Positions 8,848 to 17,161 of a stretch of 64,000 nt of DNA are shown here, piece by piece. The stretch is from Eubacteriales bacterium. Its GTDB lineage: Bacteria; Bacillota; Clostridia; Lachnospirales; Lachnospiraceae. Numbering within the stretch: position 1 is the stretch's first letter; every line of letters begins with the position of its first letter. A program made the translations under genes and the position numbers. The notes under the pieces are model-generated. The model was not told where the DNA came from and did no database searches. It saw only the letters and a program-made list of their open reading frames with translations. The DNA lies in NCBI GenBank assembly GCA_044425575.1, contig JAWXVE010000001.1, forward strand, positions 13,268-77,267, read 5' to 3'.

Positions 8848-9804
8848 ATGAAGAAAATATCGTATATTATACCGTGTTACTGTTCAGCCAATACATTGCC
8901 TAATGTGGTAAATGAAATTGTACAGGTCATGAATACTTTGGAATCCTATACATATGAGATTATATTAGTGAATGATGATTCACCGGATGATACCATGACG
9001 ACCATTGTAGATTTAACGAAGCAATACCCATGGATTATAGGAATTAATTTAGCTAGAAACTTTGGCCAACATGCAGCTTTAATGGCTGGGTTTCGTGCTG
9101 TCACTGGAGATTATGTTGTATGCTTAGATGACGATGGACAAACACCAGCAGACGAAGTGTATAAATTAATTCGGAAGATAGAAGACGGCTATGATGCAGT
9201 TTATGCCAGATATCAACACAAAAGACATACCTTATTTCGTAACTTTGGAAGCTATGTAAATGAGTTGATGGCACGTGCATTACTAGGAAAGCCAAAAGAG
9301 CTTTATATTTCCAGCTATTTTGCAGTAAAACGGTTTATTGTAGATCATATTGTACAATATGAAAATTCATATCCCTATGTAATCGGCCTTGTACTGCGCA
9401 CTACAAAGAAGGTTACGAATGTAGATGTGGAACATCGAGACCGTATGAGTGGAACTTCTGGATATACCATTCATAAGTTACTTAGTCTATGGTTTAACGG
9501 CTTTACGGCATTTTCCATTAAGCCATTGCGCATTGCCACTGTATCAGGTGGAATCTTTGCTATTATGGGATTCACCTATGGATTTTATACGATTGTCAAG
9601 AAGTTTATCAATCCTCTTGTACCACTTGGATTTAGCTCTACTATGGCAGCAATTCTATTTATTGGGGGAGTATTAATGCTAATGCTTGGATTAATAGGTG
9701 AATATATTGGGCGTATTTACATGAGCTTAAATCGGGCACCTCAATATGTAGTTCGTGAGATTATACAGAATGGAAATGAGAGAACAGATGAAAGAAGAGA
9801 TTAA
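8848..9804 (+). CDS. GT2 polyprenyl-phosphate sugar synthase (GtrB/ArnC-like)
   Basis: SYIIPCY...EIILVNDDSPDDT...ARNFGQHAALMAGF...VCLDDDGQTP, plus two C-terminal TM helices. RBS GAGGAAGG precedes ATG 8848. Confidence 0.75.
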   Translation: MKKISYIIPCYCSANTLPNVVNEIVQVMNTLESYTYEIILVNDDSPDDTMTTIVDLTKQYPWIIGINLARNFGQHAALMAGFRAVTGDYVVCLDDDGQTPADEVYKLIRKIEDGYDAVYARYQHKRHTLFRNFGSYVNELMARALLGKPKELYISSYFAVKRFIVDHIVQYENSYPYVIGLVLRTTKKVTNVDVEHRDRMSGTSGYTIHKLLSLWFNGFTAFSIKPLRIATVSGGIFAIMGFTYGFYTIVKKFINPLVPLGFSSTMAAILFIGGVLMLMLGLIGEYIGRIYMSLNRAPQYVVREIIQNGNERTDERRD

Positions 9805-12298
9805 GATCGGAAGAGTTATACAGATTATAATTGGATATTTACTGGTGGTTGTGTTTTTATTTGCCTGGCCCATTGGAATGATTGATCAACCTGTTACATC
9901 AGGTACTAGTGATGTGTTAAAAGGTAGCACGCCTGCCATCTATACTACAGCAGAACTGGTACAAGAATTTCAACCACAGTGCGATTATTTAGAGACCATC
10001 TCTTTTTATGTGGAAAATGATTTACAAGAATTTCAATATATGACACTAATGTTCTATTTATTTGATCAAAATGAAGAATTGATAATAATGGAAGAATTAA
10101 GTCTTGACGGAGCGGAATTTCCAGGAATCTTAACCATTCCCGTTGAGTTAGATGTGGATTCAAGTAAGAATTATGTTGCGTTACTAAATTCACCTTACGT
10201 TGAGCTTTTCTTAGGAACAGTAGAGGCGGAAGAGAGTGGTGCCATAGAACACATGAACACTTACGTGGAGAGTCAATTGTTGGAAGATGAATATGCCTAT
10301 GTTATTTATGATTATACAACACCTGTTACATTTTGGTGGATGATCGCATATGGATTATGTTCCTTCTTTATTCTAGCCCTAGTTGGATATTGTATGAATA
10401 AGCTATCTACAAAGTATCAGGTATTACAAGGAGTATATTCTGCCAATAACGTGATTCGGACCTTGCTGTCTATTACAGTTTTAATTGCAGGAATTCGTCT
10501 TGGAGTTGCAATTTATCCTCAACAATTATTTGGCAGTAATTTAATGGATCTTATTGTGTATGAGATTACAACCATTACAGCCTTATGCTTGTTCTTATAT
10601 TATATCAATCGAATATTGGTGCCATTGGAAGTGGCAAAAACATTATTCCAGAAGAAGCGTATCGTAGATTATATTCAAATTGCTGCTTTTGCGGGAGCTT
10701 TTACACATGCTTGTTATTATATGAATGCAATATACGAGTACATTCATATCATTAATACAGCTAAGATTATTGTCTACTTGCTTATTGCTATGATGACAAT
10801 GATTCATTGGAAACAATTAAAGAAAGTACCTACCATTGTATCAACAATCCTTGCAGTTATTGCTGGTATTATATGGTATGTGACGCAAAGCGAAGTAGCA
10901 GTCACACAAGAATTAGCACAGTGGGAAGCAGTAGCCTGTAGTTTAGGGCTATTAGCTATTTACCATCTGATTCGCATGGTCATTACGAAGAAGATTAATA
11001 AAATATCTTATGTATATTTTGGATTACTGGTGCTCTTCTGGGTTTTGCAGAATGTATATCGTTATGAACGAACATGGCCACTTATACTAGTATTTCCTAT
11101 TGGTGTATACTATCTCTTCTTTAATAGCAAGGAGAATAGAACCGGCACGTTATTAAATATGATGTATGCAGTTGTATGCAATTATGGGGGAATGGTAATC
11201 TACTGTCTGTTGCATAGACCCTATCATTATTACATGCGAACTAGATACCCTATGTACTTCCATACGGTGACCATTACATCTATGTATTTAGTTCTTGTGT
11301 TTACCGTAGTATTTGTATTGTTGTTACGTGCTTATCAGCAGAAGCAACATAAGAGAATACCAGTTCTTATGGTACTGCTGGGAAGTGTAGTTTCGTACGT
11401 GTTGATGACGGTGTCGCGAACAGGATTATTCACCATTCTAGCCATTCCTATTTGTATATTAATTGTGTGGTTCGTAGTAAGAAAACCATCACAATGGAAA
11501 CAGCTGGGAGTAAGAATAGGAAGTGTTGTACTAATTTCAATGTTTATGTTACCATTTACCATTATGACCACAAGAATCATCCCAGCGATTATTAACGAAC
11601 CCATCGAAGTGGAAATCGAAGTTGCAGTAGAAACTATTGAAAAAGGTGATCCAATGGATTCGCCACGTTATGTTACGGTAAAAAGATTCCTTGATTTATT
11701 CTGTAATGGTATGGGGATTGATTCGAATTACTTCTATATTCCTGGTCAAGGTGGCCTAGAGGAGAAATCGATACAAGAGGTTTCGCAAGTAGAAGTGGTA
11801 CAAGCACAGGTGGCACGGATGACGAATTCCGTGGCTGTTGCAACCAAGAGTACAGTGGCGTCCAGCGACCAACCAAGTTCTCTAGGGGGGAGTACAGTAT
11901 TAGATGAGGTGGCTGACTATACCAATGGTCGTGTGGATATTTGGATGGCCTATTTGCAAGAGATTAATTTAGTGGGACATGAAACAATGGGAGTAGTCGT
12001 ATGGGATGAATTGCAAAGCCATGCTCATAATTCCTTTATACAAGTGATGTATGATCACGGCCTTATAGTAGGTATTTTATTTATCTTATTGTATTTTTCT
12101 TCTTTAGCAAGGGGATTTGTATATTATAAAAAGAATTCAAGCGATGCACTTTATTTGTTGCCAGGATGCATCATTGGAGCTTTTGGAATGGTTAGTATTG
12201 CAGAGTGGGCATTCCATCCGTGTCAGCCAATTGGATTAGCATTTTTATTGATGTTAGCACCATTGCTTGGAAAGTTAAATAAAATTAGTGTGAAATAA
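9755..12298 (+). CDS. very large membrane protein with an O-antigen ligase/Wzy_C-type domain
   Basis: 847 aa. NGRVDIWMAYLQEINLVGHETMG...HAHNSFIQVMYDHGLIVGILFILLYF is the Wzy_C signature. A roughly 110-aa hydrophilic insert lies upstream of it. The start is uncertain (ATGs at 9755, 9770, 9776 and 9788 all overlap the preceding gene). Confidence 0.6.
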   Translation: MRLYRMEMREQMKEEIKIGRVIQIIIGYLLVVVFLFAWPIGMIDQPVTSGTSDVLKGSTPAIYTTAELVQEFQPQCDYLETISFYVENDLQEFQYMTLMFYLFDQNEELIIMEELSLDGAEFPGILTIPVELDVDSSKNYVALLNSPYVELFLGTVEAEESGAIEHMNTYVESQLLEDEYAYVIYDYTTPVTFWWMIAYGLCSFFILALVGYCMNKLSTKYQVLQGVYSANNVIRTLLSITVLIAGIRLGVAIYPQQLFGSNLMDLIVYEITTITALCLFLYYINRILVPLEVAKTLFQKKRIVDYIQIAAFAGAFTHACYYMNAIYEYIHIINTAKIIVYLLIAMMTMIHWKQLKKVPTIVSTILAVIAGIIWYVTQSEVAVTQELAQWEAVACSLGLLAIYHLIRMVITKKINKISYVYFGLLVLFWVLQNVYRYERTWPLILVFPIGVYYLFFNSKENRTGTLLNMMYAVVCNYGGMVIYCLLHRPYHYYMRTRYPMYFHTVTITSMYLVLVFTVVFVLLLRAYQQKQHKRIPVLMVLLGSVVSYVLMTVSRTGLFTILAIPICILIVWFVVRKPSQWKQLGVRIGSVVLISMFMLPFTIMTTRIIPAIINEPIEVEIEVAVETIEKGDPMDSPRYVTVKRFLDLFCNGMGIDSNYFYIPGQGGLEEKSIQEVSQVEVVQAQVARMTNSVAVATKSTVASSDQPSSLGGSTVLDEVADYTNGRVDIWMAYLQEINLVGHETMGVVVWDELQSHAHNSFIQVMYDHGLIVGILFILLYFSSLARGFVYYKKNSSDALYLLPGCIIGAFGMVSIAEWAFHPCQPIGLAFLLMLAPLLGKLNKISVK

Positions 12299-12335
12299 GA
12301 TTTTTATGCTATTTTGAAAAAGGACGCTTATTAAT

Positions 12336-14207
12336 ATGAGTAAAGAATGGATGAAACAAACCAATTATAAAATTATATCAAGAAGAATATTCTTAGTTGC
12401 ATACGATACAGCAGCAGCATCTTTATCGGCTGTTGCAGCGTTACTGTTGCGATATGAATTTCGTTACGAGGACATTGCCCCCGAATTTTTAGATTCTGTC
12501 ATTCAGTTTATGCCATTTTCTATTTGCATTACGATTGGTGTATTTTATATTCTGCACCTATACCATAGTTTGTGGGCATTTGCAGGAGTAACAGAGATGC
12601 AAAATGTGGTGGCAGCTTGTATGGTATCTTCTGCCTTGCAGGGAGTAGGCTTGTATGCGCTAGATTATTCAGTTCCAAGAAGTTATTACTTTATGTATGC
12701 ATCGGCTTTATTAATGGCCACGGCTATTAGCCGTTTTGGATACCGTTTTGTTCGAGAATTGCGCCATAAGAATTCCAATCGTAAGAATGGAACACAAGTT
12801 ATGATTATTGGGGCAGGGGAAGCTGGTAATGTAATTATTAAGGAGATTCTATCTAGTGCATTTAGTAGAATGGTCATTCGATGTATTATTGATGATGATG
12901 CAAACAAGCACGGCAAATATATGCAAGGAATTAAGATTGCAGGTGGTCGAGATGCTATTATAGAGCAAGTTAATTTTTATGGGATTGATGAGATTATTAT
13001 TGCCATGCCTTCTGCATCTAGGAGGGTAATTCGTGAAATTGTTGAAATTTGCCAAGAGACAGATTGTACTCTGCGGACTTTGCCTGGTATGTATCAATTA
13101 GTAAATGGTGAAGTGAATGTTAGTAAGCTTAGAAATGTACAAGTAGAAGATTTATTAGGACGCGATCCAGTTAAGGTAGATATGGATTCGATTATAGGAT
13201 ATGTACAAGGCAAGACAATATTAGTCACAGGTGGAGGCGGTTCCATAGGAAGTGAACTATGTCGTCAAATTGCAAGTCATAATCCCAAGCACCTGATTCT
13301 AGTTGATATTTATGAAAATAATGCATATGATGTACAACAGGAATTACGTCTACAGTATCCTAAGTTGAATTTAACTGTTTTAATTGCATCTGTTCGCAAT
13401 ACCAACCGAGTGAATGCTATTTTCGCCCAATATCACCCTGATATTGTATACCATGCAGCAGCTCACAAGCACGTTCCACTTATGGAAAAAAGCCCCAATG
13501 AGGCAATTAAGAACAATGTATTTGGAACTTTTAAGGTGGCAAATGCAGCAGCCAACTATGGCACTTCTAAATTTGTTATGATTTCTACGGATAAGGCAGT
13601 GAATCCAACGAATATTATGGGAGCTTCTAAACGCATTTGTGAAATGATGATTCAAATATTTAATAATAATTATAAGACAGAATTTGTGGCAGTTCGATTT
13701 GGGAATGTACTAGGTAGTAATGGTAGTGTGATCCCACTATTTCAAAGACAAATTGCAGCAGGTGGACCAGTTACTGTAACGCATCCCGATATTATTCGAT
13801 ATTTTATGACCATTCCTGAAGCGGTCTCTCTTGTATTACAAGCAGGTGCTTTTGCAGAAGGAGGGGAAATATTTGTTCTAGATATGGGCGAGCCAGTAAA
13901 AATCTTAGATTTAGCCAAGAATCTCATTCGTTTATCAGGATTTAAAGTGAATGAAGATATCATGATTGAATTTAGTGGATTACGTCCAGGAGAAAAGCTA
14001 TACGAGGAATTACTCCTGGAAGAAGAAGGACTTCGAGAAACAGCAAATAAGATGATCCATATTGGACAACCAATTGAAATGGATGAAGGAAAGTTCTTTC
14101 AAATCTTGTATGAATTAAAACGCTATGCCAATGGCGAAGACCCCGCTATACGCGAAAAAGTACAAGAATTAGTGCCAACTTATTCTGTTAATCAGGAGGA
14201 ATATTAG
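12336..14207 (+). CDS. membrane-anchored UDP-GlcNAc 4,6-dehydratase (CapD/PglF/WbpM family)
   Basis: N-terminal TM segments, then VMIIGAGEAG and ILVTGGGGSIGSEL Rossmann motifs, STDKAVNPTNIMGASKR and VRFGNVLGSNGSVIPLF. Confidence 0.8.
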   Translation: MSKEWMKQTNYKIISRRIFLVAYDTAAASLSAVAALLLRYEFRYEDIAPEFLDSVIQFMPFSICITIGVFYILHLYHSLWAFAGVTEMQNVVAACMVSSALQGVGLYALDYSVPRSYYFMYASALLMATAISRFGYRFVRELRHKNSNRKNGTQVMIIGAGEAGNVIIKEILSSAFSRMVIRCIIDDDANKHGKYMQGIKIAGGRDAIIEQVNFYGIDEIIIAMPSASRRVIREIVEICQETDCTLRTLPGMYQLVNGEVNVSKLRNVQVEDLLGRDPVKVDMDSIIGYVQGKTILVTGGGGSIGSELCRQIASHNPKHLILVDIYENNAYDVQQELRLQYPKLNLTVLIASVRNTNRVNAIFAQYHPDIVYHAAAHKHVPLMEKSPNEAIKNNVFGTFKVANAAANYGTSKFVMISTDKAVNPTNIMGASKRICEMMIQIFNNNYKTEFVAVRFGNVLGSNGSVIPLFQRQIAAGGPVTVTHPDIIRYFMTIPEAVSLVLQAGAFAEGGEIFVLDMGEPVKILDLAKNLIRLSGFKVNEDIMIEFSGLRPGEKLYEELLLEEEGLRETANKMIHIGQPIEMDEGKFFQILYELKRYANGEDPAIREKVQELVPTYSVNQEEY

Positions 14208-14380
14208 GATGAAACATATGGCAATAGAACATAAGAAGAGTATTCTTTCTTATTGTGAGCCTAGGAATTATTATTAATGTAGTTGTAGTGGGAACAACCA
14301 TTTTCACTCAAACTAGGTATATGATTTACAATTTCCCACTTTTTTACACTTCATTTGTGTGGATGATTTATGGAATTTTT

Positions 14381-14388
14381 GGTAAAAT
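14381..14388 (+). promoter_or_regulatory. candidate extended -10 element (TGgTAAAAT) in the 200-nt gap upstream of the GT2 at 14410
   Basis: TGGTAAAAT read at 14381-14388. There is no good -35 at 17-nt spacing. It overlaps a possible small ORF. Confidence 0.2.
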
Positions 14389-14409
14389 ATTAGACAAGAA
14401 GGAGTAAAC

Positions 14410-15357
14410 ATGGATAAAATTGCAGTATTGATTCCTTGTTATAACGAGGAAGTAACCATACGAAAAGTAATATGTGATGCAAGAGAAGCATTACCAGAGG
14501 CCACCATTTATGTATACGATAATAACTCAACAGATCAAACAGTAGTGATTGCAAAAGAAGAAGGTGCCACAGTGCGTTGCGAACGCCAGCAAGGAAAGGG
14601 CAATGTAATTCGAAGAATGTTTCGCGAGATAGAAGCACAATGCTATCTAATGATAGATGGAGACGATACCTACCCACTTACCAATGCAAGAGAAATGGTA
14701 GAGTTAGTTCTAGAAAAGCAATCGGATATGGTGGTAGGAGACCGCTTATCTTCTACGTATTTTGAAGAAAATAAGAGACCATTTCATAATTTTGGTAATT
14801 CTATTGTGCGAGGAAGTATTAACACCCTATTTCATTCTAATATTAAAGATATTATGACTGGATACCGTGCATTTAGTTATGAATTTGTGAAGACATTTCC
14901 AGTGTTATCGAAGGGATTTGAAATTGAAACAGAGATGACCATTCATGCAGTGCATAAAAATATGCAAGTAGACAATGTGATTGTAGATTATAGGGACCGA
15001 CCAGAAGGTAGCGAATCCAAGTTAAACACTTATTCAGATGGAATAAAAGTCATTGCTATGATTATACGTTTATTTAGTGTATACAAACCGTTAACAACTT
15101 TTGGCTCCCTTGCAATTCTTTTATTTATAGCACCATGTATTCTTGTAATTCCTATTTTTATAGAGTATTTTCTGACAGGATTAGTGCCACGTATTCCTAC
15201 CTTAATTGTATGTGGTTGTACCTTATTAGCATCTATGCAATCACTTTTTGCAGGACTAATCTTACATAACATTGGTGAGAAGGATCGGCGGGATTTTGAA
15301 CATAATCTAAGAACCTCTGCTTATCATAAAATGCGATTGCAGGAGAAAGGTTGGTAA
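14410..15357 (+). CDS. GT2 glycosyltransferase with C-terminal TM helices (polyprenyl-phosphate sugar synthase-like)
   Basis: IAVLIPCYNEE...IYVYDNNSTDQT...MIDGDDTYP, plus two C-terminal hydrophobic helices. RBS AAGGAG lies upstream. Confidence 0.7.
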   Translation: MDKIAVLIPCYNEEVTIRKVICDAREALPEATIYVYDNNSTDQTVVIAKEEGATVRCERQQGKGNVIRRMFREIEAQCYLMIDGDDTYPLTNAREMVELVLEKQSDMVVGDRLSSTYFEENKRPFHNFGNSIVRGSINTLFHSNIKDIMTGYRAFSYEFVKTFPVLSKGFEIETEMTIHAVHKNMQVDNVIVDYRDRPEGSESKLNTYSDGIKVIAMIIRLFSVYKPLTTFGSLAILLFIAPCILVIPIFIEYFLTGLVPRIPTLIVCGCTLLASMQSLFAGLILHNIGEKDRRDFEHNLRTSAYHKMRLQEKGW

Positions 15358-16508
15358 TTCTTATGAGTAATCGAACAAGTGGAAGAATATTTCTGTCATC
15401 ACCAACAATGAATGGGGCAGAACAACAATATATACAAGAGGCATTTGATACAAATTGGGTAGCACCACTTGGTACAAACGTAAATGAATTTGAGAAGGAA
15501 CTAGCACAATATGTGGGAAGTGGATATGGTGCTGCACTCAGTGCAGGAACGGCAGCTATTCATTTAGCACTTAAACTATCAGATGTTCAACAAGGAGATT
15601 TTGTATTTGTATCTACTTTGACCTTTTCCGCTACTTGTAACCCAATTGTATATGAAAAAGCGAATCCTGTTTTTATTGATTCAGAACCAGATACATGGAA
15701 TATGTCGCCAGAAGCATTGGAGAAGGCATTTCTCGCCTATCCAAAACCAAAGGCAGTAATCTTAGTTCATTTATATGGAACTCCAGCTAAACTAGATGAG
15801 ATTATGGCAATTTGTGAAAAACATCAAGTTCCGCTTATTGAAGATGCAGCAGAGTCATTAGGAGCTACTTATAAGGGAAAGCAAACTGGAACTTTTGGAC
15901 GAATGGGAATCTATTCCTTTAATGGCAATAAGATTATCACCACATCGGGTGGTGGAATGCTTGTATCACAGGACGAAGCATTGATTCAACGAGCACGATT
16001 TCTAGCAACACAAGCAAGAGATCCGGCAAGACATTACCAGCACTCTGAAATCGGATATAATTATAGAATGTCTAATATTGTAGCTGGAATTGGTAGAGGT
16101 CAAATGACTTGTTTAGACAATCATATTCAGAAGAAGAAAGAACTTTATCTAGAATATAAGGAAGGATTTGCAATTATTCCAGAGATCACTATGAATCCAA
16201 TGAATCTACACGGAGAAAGTAATTATTGGCTATCCTGCATGACTTTGTCTAAGGATTCTAGTGTAACGAAAGATAAGATTATGGACTTGTTGGAAGGTGA
16301 AAATATCGAAGCCAGACCTATTTGGAAACCAATGCACCTACAACCTGTTTTTACACAATATGGGTTCGTACCTCACACAGAGGAGGAGATTTCCGTAGCA
16401 GAGGATATTTTTGCACGAGGAGTTTGCTTGCCAAGTGATGTGAAGAATACATCAGCAGATATGGCATATATTATAGAATGCGTTCAATCACTATTCGCAA
16501 AATCCTAG
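15351..16508 (+). CDS. DegT-family sugar 4-aminotransferase (PglE/WcfR/EpsN-like)
   Basis: LSSPTMNGAEQQYIQEAFDTNWVAPLGTNVNEFEKEL, EDAAESLGATYKG, SFNGNKIITTSGGGML. TTG at 15351 has AGGAG 5 nt upstream. The alternative ATG is at 15363. Confidence 0.75.
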   Translation: MVILMSNRTSGRIFLSSPTMNGAEQQYIQEAFDTNWVAPLGTNVNEFEKELAQYVGSGYGAALSAGTAAIHLALKLSDVQQGDFVFVSTLTFSATCNPIVYEKANPVFIDSEPDTWNMSPEALEKAFLAYPKPKAVILVHLYGTPAKLDEIMAICEKHQVPLIEDAAESLGATYKGKQTGTFGRMGIYSFNGNKIITTSGGGMLVSQDEALIQRARFLATQARDPARHYQHSEIGYNYRMSNIVAGIGRGQMTCLDNHIQKKKELYLEYKEGFAIIPEITMNPMNLHGESNYWLSCMTLSKDSSVTKDKIMDLLEGENIEARPIWKPMHLQPVFTQYGFVPHTEEEISVAEDIFARGVCLPSDVKNTSADMAYIIECVQSLFAKS

Positions 16509-16525
16509 TGAGAAAAGGGGATACC

Positions 16526-17134
16526 ATGTACCAAAAGTATGGAAAGAGAATCTTAGATGTAGCCATTGCACTCACGGCGTTGGTCATTGCATTGCCAATT
16601 ATGGTGATACTAGCAGTGCTTATTTTCTGCTTTCTAGGTTCTCCCGTGATTTTCACCCAAGAGAGACCGGGGAAAAATGAGGTTGTGTTTAAGTTGTATA
16701 AGTTTCGTTCTATGAGCCAGAAGAAAGATAAACAAGGCAATCTTTTGCCTGATGAAATGCGATTAACAAAGTTTGGTAAATTATTAAGAAGTACTAGTTT
16801 AGATGAATTACCCGAATTATTTAATATTATTAAAGGCGATATGAGTATTGTAGGACCAAGACCCTTGCTAGTTGAGTATTTGCCATATTACACCAAAGAA
16901 GAGCGAATTCGTCATAGTGTGTTGCCAGGTCTTACTATTCCAGATGTATTGTATAAGAATCTACATAATAGTTGGGATGAACAATTAAATCATGATATTT
17001 GGTATGCCCACCATTGTTCATTTCGAACAGATTGTAGAATTGTGGTGGCAACTGTAGGGAAATTAATGCAGAGGAATAAAGAGCAATATGGAAGTTATGT
17101 ACGGGGAAAATTAAGTGATGAGCGTAAGAAATAG
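16526..17134 (+). CDS. small monotopic phosphoglycosyl transferase (PglC/WcfS-like bacterial sugar transferase)
   Basis: 202 aa. KRILDVAIALTALVIALPIMVILAVLI...SPVIFTQERPGKN...FKLYKFRSM...DELPELFNIIKGDMSIVGPRP. Confidence 0.8.
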   Translation: MYQKYGKRILDVAIALTALVIALPIMVILAVLIFCFLGSPVIFTQERPGKNEVVFKLYKFRSMSQKKDKQGNLLPDEMRLTKFGKLLRSTSLDELPELFNIIKGDMSIVGPRPLLVEYLPYYTKEERIRHSVLPGLTIPDVLYKNLHNSWDEQLNHDIWYAHHCSFRTDCRIVVATVGKLMQRNKEQYGSYVRGKLSDERKK

Positions 17135-17161
17135 AGATGAAAATGATATTAATAGCTTGAA

